Shown: in pieces, positions 12,207-25,196 of the stretch
How the letters are laid out: every line of letters begins with the position of its first letter
How positions within the stretch are numbered: position 1 is the stretch's first letter
Source of the DNA: Vitrella brassicaformis CCMP3155
Taxonomy: Eukaryota > Protista > Chromerida
DNA length: 64,000 nucleotides
NCBI GenBank assembly: GCA_001179505.1
Contig: CDMY01000973.1
Coordinates: forward strand, 124,001 to 188,000
Direction of reading: 5' to 3'
Translations under genes and position numbers: made by a program
Notes under the pieces: model-generated
Database searches by the model: none
What the model was told of the DNA's origin: nothing
What the model saw: the letters and a program-made list of their open reading frames with translations, nothing else

Positions 12207-13140
12207 GTAGTGAGGTAGTTGTGTAGCTGTGTCTGTCTAAGTTGCTTAAGGGGAGAAAGAGGGCGAGAGCTTGACGGTCTTTTGTTGACGCGTTGGATGT
12301 TGCGTCCACTTGGGCGTGTATGTGATGTGTGCGACCATTCAGTATGAAGTGAAGCGTGTCACCATTCACTCAGACACACCAGACACAACACATTAGATGC
12401 ACATCATAGCATGGTGGTCACGCAGAAGAGAAAGTGTCAAACCTCGTCCGTGGATCCATCCATCCATCCGTCCGTCGATGACTGACGGAATGGGTGCATC
12501 CTGAATGACGTGTGTCTTCTCGCAAGAGCGGCGCACGTCCAGCTTTCCCAACCGAATGCGTCGGGAATACTGTCCCTGCACTGCCGAAGGAGGACACACG
12601 CCATGAGCATATCACCCACCCCGTGTGCGGATGGATGGATGAGCGAAGCGGTGCTCTAAATCTGCAATCTCGCCAGAGAGATGGGCGAGATGGGCGTCTG
12701 TGAGGTCTCCCAGCTTCTTCAAGGGAACAAAAACTGACCCTTGTCAGCCAGCCAGCCAGCCAGCCAGCCAGCAACACACACATACATACAAACATGCCAC
12801 GGTCAATCTCTCTCTCTCTCTGCCTGCCTGCTGGACGCAGGCGACTCGACTTGACTTGACTTGACTCACGTGACTCCACTACACTGCCAGCATATTCACC
12901 ATCCCTTTCCCCTTGCGAGTGAGAGTGAGTGTGGCCGTGGACAGTAGTCCAGGCAACTCAATACGCACACAAACACACAGAGCCAGCAATTGAGTATGCG
13001 GACGGCCACACCACACCACACCACACGCACACACCCGACCCCGGCACGCACCCCAACGCAAAAAGGTACATAGATAAGACTACGCGAGCGAAAAAAGAAA
13101 CCGCCCGCCAGCGGCCGATAGATGGATGATGGGCAGGCCC

Positions 13141-14977
13141 TCACGCCTTTTTCTCCTTGGCGAGCTTGCGCAGCACGTACTGCAGGATGCCGCCGTGCTT
13201 GAAGTAAACAACCTGCACACACACACACACACACAGACACACAGGGAGAGGGGCCTCACGGGTGCATCTCTGCAGTCTGCAGTATCTGTGTGTGCAAGTT
13301 TGTGTGGCTGCTGAGCTGACCTCTACGTCTGTGTCGATTCTGCATTTGACTTTGAATGAGGTGCCGTTGGAGACCTTGACCTCGATGAGCTCGCCGGGGG
13401 TGAAGTCGCCGCCCTTCATGGCGATCGAGAAGCGCTCGCTGCCACTCAGACCCAACGACTCGCCCGTCTGGCCGTCCACAAACTGCAGCGGCAACACACC
13501 CATACCTGGCACCATCACACAGACACACACACAGAGAGAGAGAGAGAGAGGGGGAGAGGTGCCACGGTCCTGGGTGTGGTTTTTCTATGTGGTGTGGCGC
13601 TTACGCACCGACGAGGTTGCTCCTGTGGATGCGCTCGAAGGACTCGGCAATGATGGCCTTCACGCCCTGCAGCTGCACACCCCTGGTAAGGTAACACAAC
13701 ACAGGATAACACGATGCCACAAATGGCCGTCATCTAAGTGTGTGTGTTACTTGGCCGCCCAGTCTCGCGAGGATCCGCTGCCGTACTCGGCACCCGCCAG
13801 GATAATCGACGGGGCGCCCTCAGACGCATAACGCTGAGATGCACACACACACACACACACACATATAGCGACAGAATGCCATCCACAGTGCCTTCTGAGG
13901 TTGGGCCTTTTGTGTGCCGTCACCTCAGCGACGGTCCAGACGGGCAGGAGGTCGCCTGACGGGTGATGAAGGGTCTTCGGACCTGCACAACACACACATC
14001 ATTGAGCGCTTCTCTCTCCCCCTCTCTGTGCGTGTGCGTGTGTGTGTGTGTGTCTCTGCTAGGCAGGTGGCTGACCAGACTGTGGTGCCATTTTGTTGAT
14101 CAGACGGATGTTGGCGAAGGTGCCCCGAACCATGCACTGAGGAATGACACCAACCACATGAAATGACGCCCGTCCCATCCACCACTGACTAGGTCAGTCA
14201 CCTCGAAGTTTCCTCTTCTGGCGCCGTAGGTGTTGAAGTCCTTTCGCTCGACGCCGTAGCTGTTGAGGTACTCAGCCGCCGGGCTGTCCTTGGAGATGTT
14301 GCCGGCTGGCGAGATGTGGTCGGTGGTGATGGAGTGACCCACGTTCAGCAGGCAGTAGGCGTCCTTGATGTCCTCTACCTGGTGGCATGGCAACACACGG
14401 GAGAGAGAGATTGTGTCTTTGTGTGGGTGCGTTGGGTGGGAGGGGGGAAGGGGGGAGGGGGGGAGGGTTACTTACCTTTGGGGGCTCCATGGTCATGTCC
14501 TGGAAGAATGGCGGGTTGCGGATGTAGGTCGACTGCTCGTCCCAGGCGTACAGCTTGCCCGGCGGCACCTGATGCGATGAACAGTAAGCACAGCTCAGCT
14601 CCTCGTTGCTCTCTCCCTCTCTCTGTCTCTTTCTGTGTCATGGTGGACCTGCAGTGAGTTCCAGTCGTCAGTTCCATTTCTGATGGTCTCGTATATCTTG
14701 GAGAACATCTCGCCCTTGATGTACTTCTCCTCCAAGGCCTGGACCTCACTGCAGTGCACCCATCACAATGAACACAATATGGCAGTGACAATCGCCCGCT
14801 GTGTGTTGGTGCTGTGTGTGGGTCTCGTCTGCACCCACCTGAGTGTGGGCCAGATGTCTTTGAGGAAGACGGGCGAGCCGTCCTTGCCAGTGCCGACCGG
14901 CTCCTTGTCGAAGTCGATGTCAACGCGACCTGCATCGCACCCACCATGCCCATGACCACACACATGTGTGTCCATCC

Positions 14978-15008
<31 letters not shown>

Positions 15009-17407
15009 TGTCTGCTGGGATTTTTCCGACCGGCGAGCGCATGCGCGACGACCAGCGGTGGCGATGCGAGGTAGTTGGCACGGGTCTGGGGGTGCACACG
15101 GCCCTCGAAGTTGCGGTTGCCTGACACACAAACACATACACATACACACACAAAGAAAGAGATGGGGCCGGCTGCCTCACTGGTCGCCTTATTCGTGTGT
15201 ATGTGTGTGTGTGTGTGACCAGAGAGGACGGCGGCGACGACGAGGTCCTTCTGTGTGATGGCATCCGACACCTCGGGGTCGAGGTCGCCGCTGTTGCCGA
15301 TGCACGTCATGCAGCCATAGCCGGCATGGTAGAAACCCAGCTGCTCACACGAGAAAAAGAGAGAGAGAGAGATCCACATGGAGGGAGGGATGGGTGTGTG
15401 TAATATGACCTCCTCCAGGTCCTTATCGAGGCCGCTCAGCCGCAGGTACTCAGACACCTGACAGGCGCACCCCATGTGTGTGTGTGTGTGTCTGTCTGTC
15501 TGCATGCCTGTGTTGTCATGTGTGTGTGTCGCAGCGACATACCGCCTTAGATCCGGGTGAGAGTGAAGTCTTGATGTACGGCTGGACCTTGAGGCCCTTC
15601 GCGAGCGCCTTCCTCGCCACCAGACCCGCACCCAACATGACCGAAGGGTTGCTGCACACACACAGAGGGAGGAGGACACACAGCGAGTCGGGCAGATGTG
15701 ATGTGGCCGTCTTGCTGCCATGTGCCTGATTGAGGGACCTGGTGTTGGTGCACGAGGTGATGGCCGTGATGACCACAGAGCCGTGCTTCAACTCATACTC
15801 TGCACAAGACACACACACCAGCCATACGGGTGCTTACGCCTCATCATCTCTGTGTGTGCGCGTGTGTGTGTGTGCGGCTCGCTCACTTTGTCCCTGGTAC
15901 TCGAAGGACACGGTGTCAGCTCGCTTGTCGGCGGGGACGTTGTAGCCCTTGAACCCAACAGGGCTCTCCAGGCAACTCTACACACACAAACCGAGACACA
16001 ACAAGGCACACACGCATCGCTTCTCTCTGTCTGTGCGGTGGGGCTGGTGTGTGTGTGTGTGTGTGTTGCCTGCAGCACCCACCAGGAAGTCCTGCTTCAT
16101 GTCCTTGAGAGGGACGTGGTCGTGCGGACGCTTCGGACCAGACATGCACGGCTGACATCGACATCCACATACAGATACACAGGAGAGAGGCCTGTCTGCC
16201 TGTCTGTCTGTCTGTCACTGTGTGTGTCTGCCCTCCCCTGGTCTGCTGTGCTCACCTCGACGGTGCTAAGGTCGAGCTTCATGGTGTCCGTGTAGACGCA
16301 AGGGGGCGAGCCCGCCTCACGGAACATACCCTGGACGAGCGACAAGCGCCCACACCCACGCACACATCACACACATGGCATGCACTGCACTCTCAAGTCA
16401 AGCGGGTGCTGCTGTGCTGTGGTGATGTGACCCACCATTGCTTTGAGGTACCCCTCGACCAGGTCTAGTTTCTCCTTGGGCCGGCCGGTCTGCGACAGGT
16501 ACTTGATCGACTGCGAATCAACAGGGAAGAACCCCATCGTCGCTCTGACAGACAGACAGAAAGGCACCACACACATACCGCTCATGAGCGAGGGACAGAG
16601 AGAGCCCTTCTGCACACCCACCCACACACCCACCCACCCGTATTCCGGCGACATGTTGGCGATGGTGGCGCGGTCAGCCAGGCTCAGGTTGGCGCAACCT
16701 GCACACACACGCAATCGGACAGACAGGTATGGTATGCAGGCAGCCACCACATGTCGTGCCGACCGCCCGAGCGCGGCTATGCAGGTCGCTCACCGTCTCC
16801 GAAGAACTCGACGAACTTGCCAACCACACCGCGCTTGCGCAACATCTGACACACACAACACAACACAACACAACACAAAACAGCACAGCACAGCACAGCA
16901 CAACAGACAAGAAGTGACGACACACACAGGAGGATTGGCAAAAGTGGATGTGTGTGTAGCTTATTACCTTTGTGACGGTGAGGACGAGGTCAGTGGCGTT
17001 GGCCCTCTCGGGGAGGGTCCCCGTCAACTCGAACCCTATCACCTCGGGCAACACCATCGATATCGGCTGAAAAATGGAGAGAATAAAAAGAGGGACACAC
17101 ACCCATTGCTGCTGGGGGGAGGTCTGGTGATGGACGCACCTGTCCGAGCATGACGGCTTCGGCCTCGATGCCGCCCACGCCCCAGCCGACAACGCCCAGC
17201 CCGTCTATCATGGTCGTGTGCGAATCCGTCCCAACCAACGAGTCTGAACACACACACACACACACACACTCACTGGGTGAGCAAGCACACCCACCCCCTC
17301 TCCCTCTCCCTCTGTCCCTAACACAGATACACACTGACATACTGACACACTGACATACTGACATACCAGGGTAGAGGACGTTGTTGCTGTCGAAGACCAC
17401 ACGGGCG

Positions 17408-17440
<33 letters not shown>

Positions 17441-18305
17441 CTGCCCGGCGGGACGATGAGCATGTTGTCGAAGGCCGTGGCGCCCCACTTGAGGAAGGCG
17501 AACCGCTCGGCATTGCGCTGGAACTCGATCTTCTGGTTCTTCTCCAGGGCGTCGGGCGAGCGGCTGAAGTCCACCTGCACACTGTGGTCGATGACCAGGT
17601 CTACCGGCACCAGGGGGTTCACCGCTGAGGGGTCGCCGCCCAGGTCCTTCATGGCGTCGCGCATCGCCGCGAGATCGACCACGGCTGGCACGCCACTGAA
17701 CAGACACACACACACACACGGACGATGGCATTGTGTGTTTGTGGGTGTGGTGTGGTGTGTGGTGTGTGGCGGTCGGTTACGTGAAGTCCTGTAGGAGGAC
17801 GCGCGCCGGCATGAATGGGATCTCCTTCTGCTGCGCGCTGCTCTTCTTCCAGTCCAGGATGGTCTCAACGTCCTTCTCCTGAATGCTGCACACACACACC
17901 ACACCACATACCGCAGTGACAACACACACTCCCCGGCTGCTGCGGCTTGCCCACCGACCTGAGTCCATCGCAGTTTCGCACAGCCGACTCGAGCAGCACC
18001 CGGATGGAGTAGGGCAGCTCAGACACACGGGGGTCGCCCAACGCTACGTGAGCCAACAAACACACACACCCATCTTCCTCTCATCATTCTGCCTGTCCAC
18101 CCACCCACCCACCTGTGATGTCGTAATACTTCTTGCCGGTGTTGCCGAGGGTCTTGCACACTTTGGCGTCGAACGGGTTGGAGTAGTGTCGCTTCTGACC
18201 CGCCCCTGCCCCAGTCCCGTTGGCCACCACAGACATCCTGCCTAAGCTGCTAATCGAGGTGCTAATTCCGCTAAATCGACTCAACGACAGGAACCCTCTG
18301 AGCAT
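13141..18305 (-). CDS. ACO: Aconitate hydratase, AcnA/IRP1-type, with mitochondrial-like presequence; about 20 exons
   Basis: [27 protein letters not shown]|[56 protein letters not shown]|[60 protein letters not shown]-terminus [13 protein letters not shown] is R/S-rich and lacks acidic residues. Confidence 0.97.
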
Positions 18306-18771
18306 CGATACTGCCGCAGAGGGACCTGCACACACATAGCACACGCCAGACACTCGAAACCATGAACAGGGGCAGGATTGGCTGCCATCTTTGTCTGTGC
18401 GCACCTTCTGGCAAAATCGGCGGGTGAGGCTGCCGACGGTGCTCTCAATGGACGAAGGAGCAGGTTGCTTGGTGCGTGAGCGGCAAAAACACGAAGCGCG
18501 GAGAAGAGCGGCTTTCGGGCTAGAGACGGGACAATTGGAGACGGGCGAGGAGAGGTCGCGGAGAGAAGCGCATTGTCGTGTCTACGAGCTTTGCGTCACT
18601 TCACAGTATCCTGTTTGTCCCAGCATCTCTCACTTGCGTCATCAGGACTCCCACCCATCTCGGTTACCTTCTTGAGGGATGCCGTCGTGTTCTTCGGACT
18701 GCGAGTCGCCATATGGCGTGGTTTATCGGCGTATGTGTAGTCTGGAGGAAGAGCGGCGTCCGCCACTGTGC

Positions 18772-19614
18772 ATGAGGATCAGCACCTGGTGCTTCGCCTT
18801 CTTCGCTGGTATGCTCTGCGTCATCGGTCTGGTGACGGCCGGGCCCGTCCTCCAGGTGCGTACGGGCACACAGACGGAGAACACAACACACGCTGATGAC
18901 AACTGGAAGATGCTTGTTGGATCTGCAATGCAGGAGGGTGGCCAGCGACCGATGACGCCAATGACAGAGGCCGATGACGCCGACCACACAGCGACGACGA
19001 GTGACGGCACCAGACACACACGGTCAGCCACGGGCGGCTATGAGGACCTCGCCCTCCTCTCCCTCCATGTGCCACCGCCATGCCGCCATCGAGTGGCATT
19101 GCTGTCGTGTCCGCACCAGCCGGGCGAGCGATACGTTGCCTTCAAGCCGCCCGAAGAGCCGACCATGGGCGCGGTGATGGCGGACAGAGATGCTCGCGGC
19201 ACCACGGAGACTGCCTGTCTGGTTCCCCAAGAAAACCAAGACGGGCAGCTGACACACGGGGAGGTGGTGGCCATCAGGTCGTCGAGCGGCATGTATGTGG
19301 CGGTCACTGCCAGTGGAACCGTGGAGGCTATTAGCGATGCAGTGGGCCCTTCGGAGCGGTTCAAGGTTATCAACGAGTGTATGGCGGCCAAAGAAGGGAT
19401 GGCCGATGGCCTTGCAGCAAGTGGCCTTGCAAGTGGGTTGGGGCGGAAGTGCGTGATCCGGAAGAATGGCGGCCGGATCAGCGATGGCGACGTGATCGCG
19501 TTGAAGAGCACTGCTTCCGGACACTACTTGACTGCCGAGGGCTGCAACTGGCGCGTCAACGCCAGTGGGCCCGCCATTGGTGTCGAGGAAAGGTTCATGG
19601 TCCGGTTCGTGTGA
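18772..19614 (+). CDS. Secreted fascin-like (beta-trefoil) repeat protein
   Basis: Signal peptide MRISTWCFAFFAGMLCVIGLVTA; probable intron after GPVLQ. Three repeats of the fascin-type pattern, e.g. VAIRSSSGMYVAVTASGTVEAISDAVGPSERFKV and IALKSTASGHYLTAEGCNWRVNASGPAIGVEERFMV. Confidence 0.7.
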   Translation: MRISTWCFAFFAGMLCVIGLVTAGPVLQVRTGTQTENTTHADDNWKMLVGSAMQEGGQRPMTPMTEADDADHTATTSDGTRHTRSATGGYEDLALLSLHVPPPCRHRVALLSCPHQPGERYVAFKPPEEPTMGAVMADRDARGTTETACLVPQENQDGQLTHGEVVAIRSSSGMYVAVTASGTVEAISDAVGPSERFKVINECMAAKEGMADGLAASGLASGLGRKCVIRKNGGRISDGDVIALKSTASGHYLTAEGCNWRVNASGPAIGVEERFMVRFV

Positions 19615-21771
19615 GGTGAGTGGTGGATGGACGGCTGGATGTCGTGCGGTGTACAGTATGGGGAGGGGTCTATCGCTTTTTGCTGCAAAAGTACAGACAA
19701 ACTGCGGAGAAGTCTTCGGGTGCCCGTGATGGGTTGGTTGTTGGGGATTGACTGACTGGCTGGCTGGTTGCTGGGTGCAACAGCGCTGGCTGGTGAGTCC
19801 AGTCCGTGCCGTGTGTGGTTTTAATTGAATGCCATGTGTGGTGGGTGGGTGCATCAACACGTGTGCGACCGACCGACCGAGTGGGTCGCAATCAGCGATA
19901 CGGCGCGTACGCGATCGTACATGTGTTTTTCCCCACCTCATGAGGGCATGGGGGCAGGGCGTTGTGGCCAATTTTGTACGTATGGCTGCTGCGTCTGTGT
20001 GGTGTGACGTGATGTGATATGATATGATATGGTGTGCGGTCTCTCTTTTTGTTCCCTAGTTGGGGACAGTAAAGGAAATAAAGGGAGTATTGCTCATAGG
20101 GTGGGCTGATGGGGTAAGGGAAGAGACCCCGAGGGTGCATAATCGAAAAGGGATTGACGTGATCGGACTGGACTGGACTAGTCCACTCGCACTCGTGCAG
20201 CAGAAAGCTCATTCAGACCACTCACACAGACAGCAGCACTAGGGAAGGGAAGAGCCGTCCCATCCGTCCACACCACTCGACACACACACACACACCACAC
20301 GCAATAGGACTGTACATCTACCGCACGCGAATGCGCTCATTTTCAGAGCATCGGTCGACGATCGATCGCATACCAAAATCTGTCCATCCTTCTGCGATAC
20401 ATACGAGCACATCACGTCAAAGTATCCCTTGACCCCTCCCCCCCTCTCCCCACAAGACACGCCACGCTCCCGTGCCTGCCATCCATTCATCCATCTAGCC
20501 CACACACACATGCATCAAAACCATGGGCGCGCTTGAAAAACCAACCACAAGAAGCGCACACAGGCAGGCAGGCAGGCAGGATGGCCATTCAGGTACTCAG
20601 GCAGGTGGGCATGCAGGATGCAGGACTCCCCCCCATTGGAGGGTGCAGACTCGCGCGTTGGTAGTGTTAGCTGACACGTGTGTGTGTGAACACTGTCTAT
20701 GGTGCCTCGTGCACCGCTGCTGCAGCGTAAAAATCGTCATTGCGGTCGTCTGCAGATTGGTGCGTCTGTCTGTCTGTCTGTCTGTGTGTCTCTCTCTCTC
20801 TCTCTGTATGTCTGTACAGGAAGGAAAACGATGACCGACCGACGACAGAGGGACGGACTTACGGACAAGGAGAGCGGTCTTGTCTTCTCCTCCATGTGAG
20901 CTGAGCGTTGAAAGCGACGCGACCGAGCTAGTCGAGAGGACCACGGACGCACCTTTCCTGTCTCTTCTCTGCCTACTTTCTCGTTCTTTCTTTGTTTCTT
21001 TCTCCCTTTGTCCTCCTCAAAATCTAGCAGACGAGTGAGTGCCCTCTCTCTGTTTCTGTCGCCCTCCCTCCCTCCCTCCCTCCCTCTACCTGTCCGAGGA
21101 AGTGAGTACTCAGGTGGGGTAAGCAGGCAATGCAGGTGGCCAACCTGAGTGAAAATATGTGACTGAGTGAGAGAGTGTGTGGGTGGGTGGGTGGATGGAT
21201 GGGTGGTGGTGGCTACCAGTAGGCACAGGCACATCACACGCTATGTGCAGAAAAAGAAAGTGGCGCGTTGATGCGCGCGCCATGCCCGCCCATCGGGACA
21301 AAGGCAACTTCACTGCGGACGGACAAGTGTGTGTATATGTGAGAGTGTGTGTGTGTGTGTGCCCCCATCCATCCATCCATCCATGTGTCCGTGTGTGGTG
21401 TTCTCACATCTCCCATAGGTGAGCACCGGTCACTTCATTCGCAGACAGGCAGGCAGGCAGGCAGGCACCACACACACGCACATCAATCAATCCATGCTGT
21501 AAAACCAACAGCGAGCAGCACCGCTGGCACATATGTGACCATTGGCCTGCATTTCTTCACACCGCCCACCGCACCCACCGCACGCACCCTCAGCCCCCTG
21601 AAAAAGCTTGACCCTGCCTGGCTGTGTCTTCTAGCCTTAAATTCCCCCACTCGCACACAAACACAGAAAGAAAACCCCAACCGGCCGCCGCGCAAGGGAA
21701 AAACAAAGCGCGCCAGGGAGAGAGAGGGATAGATCGGCAAAGGCAGACAGCAGACGCAATCGAGTAGACCG

Positions 21772-24623
21772 TCATTCATCCCCCCCTCTCGGCTCCTGCC
21801 GGTTTCTATGTCGCCGTATTGACGGCGACCGGTCGGTCATGGTGTCGTGAAAGCCGGGTGGGAGGGGGTGATGCCGTTGCTGTTGCTGGGGTGTATGTGG
21901 GTGCCTCTCACTGTCGTTTGTGGGGCCACAGGGGGTGGATGTAGTGGGGGTGGGGGGCGATGATGCCTCGTCGCTGCTGCTGGTGGCGGCATCGCTTGCA
22001 TCGTCAGGTATGGCGATGCCGTACTCGGTCTCGATCCTGTAGCAGATGAGGTCCTCGATAGTCGTCATCACCAAACCGTGACGCCTCGCAAAATCCTGAC
22101 ATACACACACACAACATACGTGCACGAATAGCTGTTGTGTGTGTGTTCTGCTCACCTTTAGCTCATCCATCCTGGCCATGTCCGTGGGATCCCTCGCAGA
22201 GACGATCTCTCCGATGACCGACACGGGCTGCAGGCCAGCCAGCCGCGTGAGGTCCACCGACGCCTCCGTGTGGCCGCCCCTCGTGAACACACCGCCGTCT
22301 CTATATCTCAGAGGGAACACGTGGCCCGGCCGGATGAAGTCGCCCGCATCTGCCGACGGGTCGGCGAGCCGCCGGATCGTCAGGGCTCGGTCGCGTGACG
22401 AGATGCCTGCAGAGGGAGAAGACACGGCCGACACATTTGGTTCATGTGTCTGTAGTATGTCTGTGTGGGTACATGGGGGCACTCACTGACCTGTTGATCC
22501 GTTGTCTATGTCGCACGAGAGTGAGAAGGCGGTCTGTCGTGGGTCCTGGTTGTGCGTCCGCATTGGGGGGAGGTTGAGGGCGTCCAGCCGGCTGCCCTCC
22601 ATCGGCACGCACAACACTCCACTCGTGTGACGAACCTGAGAAGAACCACACGCACGCCCACATGACATGAGCGTTGCAGTGCCATGGGTGTGTGCAGCAC
22701 TGGCCGTCTCACCCACCATGAATGCTATGTCCTCGGGCGTGGCTTTCTCCGCCGCCATAATGAGGTCCCCCTCGTTCTCGCGCTTCTCGTCGTCAGTGAC
22801 GATCACCATGCCACCCTCCCGCAGCGCCCGTATCGCCTCCTCGACCGACGTCCTGCCGAGTCGCCACCTCTTGGTGCTCAGGTCAAGATCCACGCCGTGG
22901 TACACCTGCACCGTCATTCGCGGCGCTGCTGATGGTGCTACTGATGCTGCAGCTGGGCTGGAGCAGGGGAGGCCCGGCTTGTCGCCGCTTTGGGGGTCGT
23001 CTGGGCACTTGCGTGATGGGGGTCGCTTGTTGGGCACGATGGAGGGGTCTGTCAGCTGGATGAAGGACGATCCTCCTGTGGTGCTTGGCGGCCTGTCGTC
23101 ATCGGCGTCTTGTTCGGGCTCGTGGTGGTTGCTGAGCTGCCTGTCCTCGCTGTCGTCGGGTGGTGACTTGTGGTTGTTGACTTGCTTGAGTTGGATGCCC
23201 TCCGCGGCGAGGTCCAGCTCCTCTGCGATGTCTAGCTTGGCCTTTTTGGTCTGGTAGAGGAGATCCTCCCAGTCCTCGAGAGGCAGCACGTGCATCATCC
23301 GCTGAGACTTGGTCTCCAGGTACTTCCGATTGAAGTCGTTGGGCGACACCTGACACACACACACAGACGTGTCGCAAGTGAATGTGTGTGTGTGGCGAGG
23401 AGAGGGAGGGTGTCTGTGTCTGTGTCTGTATCTCACCCGCAGCGGGATGATGCCTTCGATGTTGACGCCCAGCTGTATGAGGTGCTTGACCTTGCGGGGG
23501 TTGTTGGTCATCAGCACAATCGACTCCACACCGATGTCACGCAAGATGAACGGCACCGACTCGTATGAACGCGTGTCGTCCTCGAAGCCGAGATGACGGT
23601 TGGCGTCCACCGTATCCATGCCCCTATCTTGCAGTGCATACGCCGCTGCACAAGACAGCACACCACCCACGACACAATGAGCCGCCTTGCTTGCCTTCTC
23701 TCTCCGTGTGTGTTTGTTGTTGCCTCACCGATTTTGTTAGCGAGTCCGATGCCCCGTCCCTCCTGCTGCAAATAGATGACAGCCCCGTTGTTACGCCCCA
23801 CATACTCCATGGCCATGTCGAGCTGGTCCTTGCAGTCGCACCGCTTGGACCCCAGCGCTTCAGACGTCATGCACTGGTCGTGCACACGCACCGGCACATC
23901 CATCCCGCCCTTGAGGTCGCCGTTGATCATCACCACTATGTCGAACTGCTTGTCAGGCGCGATGTGCTGGTAAGACCGGAGGCGGAACACGCCATGGTCG
24001 GTGGGCATCTCGCACTCCGACACGAACTTGGTGTAGATCTTGGGGCCACCATTGGGGAAGACCGCTGGCGGCGGGCAGGGGATTCCTGATTGCGGAGGCT
24101 CGGCCGCTCCATCGAAATTGGAGATCCGCCGACTCACTTCGGGCAGCACTGGTGTGGTGTGGGCGTCGCGCATGCGCAAGGGGACGAACGGCCGACCGAT
24201 GAAGTTGTGGACGGCGCTCGCGCGCCTCTGGTGCAGCCGATGCAGTCCGCCCTTCAGGTCAGGACACGATAGAAAGAGCGATGAGGGGCACTCGCCTGGC
24301 GGCTGAGCGGCTGAGGACAGCAAGCTGTGGCACCACGCCAGCTGGCGAGATGAGAAGCTCCACAGGCAGATGAATAAGATCACCAGCGGCTGCCTCCTGA
24401 CCGCGCCCCTTCCCCTCCTCCTTGGTCGTGCTGGGCAGTCACTCTCTGACGGTCGAGAGATGCTCGAGTGCCGAGCAGGTCGCTCCTTCGCGCTGACGAG
24501 AGGAGGAGACACCCGTGTGGTCGAAGAGGCCGGTGAGCCGTCTGCAGGGGATCCCGGATCCGACCGTGGTGAGGGTGCCGACGTCATAAAACGCACGCGG
24601 AATGCCGATTTCCCCACTTCCAT
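21772..24623 (-). CDS. ribA/ribB: Bifunctional GTP cyclohydrolase II / 3,4-dihydroxy-2-butanone-4-phosphate synthase (GCHII first, DHBPS second)
   Basis: GCHII: VRVHDQCMTSEALGSKRCDCKDQL, YLQQEGRGIGLANKI, DDTRSY, MTNNPRK, NRKYLETK. DHBPS: VTDDEKRENEGDL, RHTSGVLC, TAFSLS, GISSRDRALT, RPGHVFPL, RGGHTEASVDL. The start codon is uncertain (24623 or 24758). Confidence 0.93.
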
Positions 24624-25196
24624 CGCTGCTGCCAGTGCTTCCGCTGCAATCAGCTTTCTCGTCAAAAGCACGCACGCAGCAACACTCTCGGTGCTACGTG
24701 GAACGTCGCGACACTCTCCTGCAAACCCAAAGACAGTGGCGTGCGAGCTCAGCATCATATGCGAGCTAAGCCGATGGGGAGGAGTGCCCGACAAAGATGT
24801 CTGGGGATCCGTCAGTGGGTCAACAACCGCCCATTGGCGGCATTCAGTCTGCCTCCGCGTCCCCCAATTTGCTTCCCCAAATCTGCCCTTCCCGAATTTG
24901 CATCCGACAGCTCGCAGTATCTGGCTCTATCTTCCCTACTTGCTGTTGGTAGTTGACAGGTAGCACAGCAGCCCCCTGCCACCATTCTTCAACTTCACGT
25001 CCCTTCGTTGCTTCCCCGCGTAGTCCCCAGCCTCCTGTAAGCGACCCCATTTCGTCAGTCCGCCCATCGTTTTTGGCGCCGCCAGGTCATTTTCCCGCTC
25101 TGCATGACTGCAGCAGCCTCACGAGCAGCCAGCAAGAAAGTACGTCTCAGTCTGACAAGCCGAGACAATCCGTGAGACTGTGTCAGTGGGTCAAGG

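Noticed and set aside
18326-18470. Upstream exon spliced onto aconitase (intron 18326-18404) as a possible second targeting extension, as in dually targeted Toxoplasma aconitase
   Set aside because: The upstream exon has an in-frame TGA, so this is a 5' UTR intron, not coding.
13141-18500. Iron-responsive element associated with the IRP-type aconitase or the ferric reductase
   Set aside because: No CAGUGN-loop hairpin with the expected stem was recognised by eye in the likely UTRs.
18591-18641. Two TTGCGTCA (CRE/AP-1-like) motifs in the aconitase/fascin divergent spacer
   Set aside because: I did not see the motif in the other divergent spacers, and two 8-mers are too weak without data.
24257-24300. 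Possible GC-AG intron in the RibA-RibB leader
   Set aside because: It is about 44 nt, so removal would shift an otherwise open frame.
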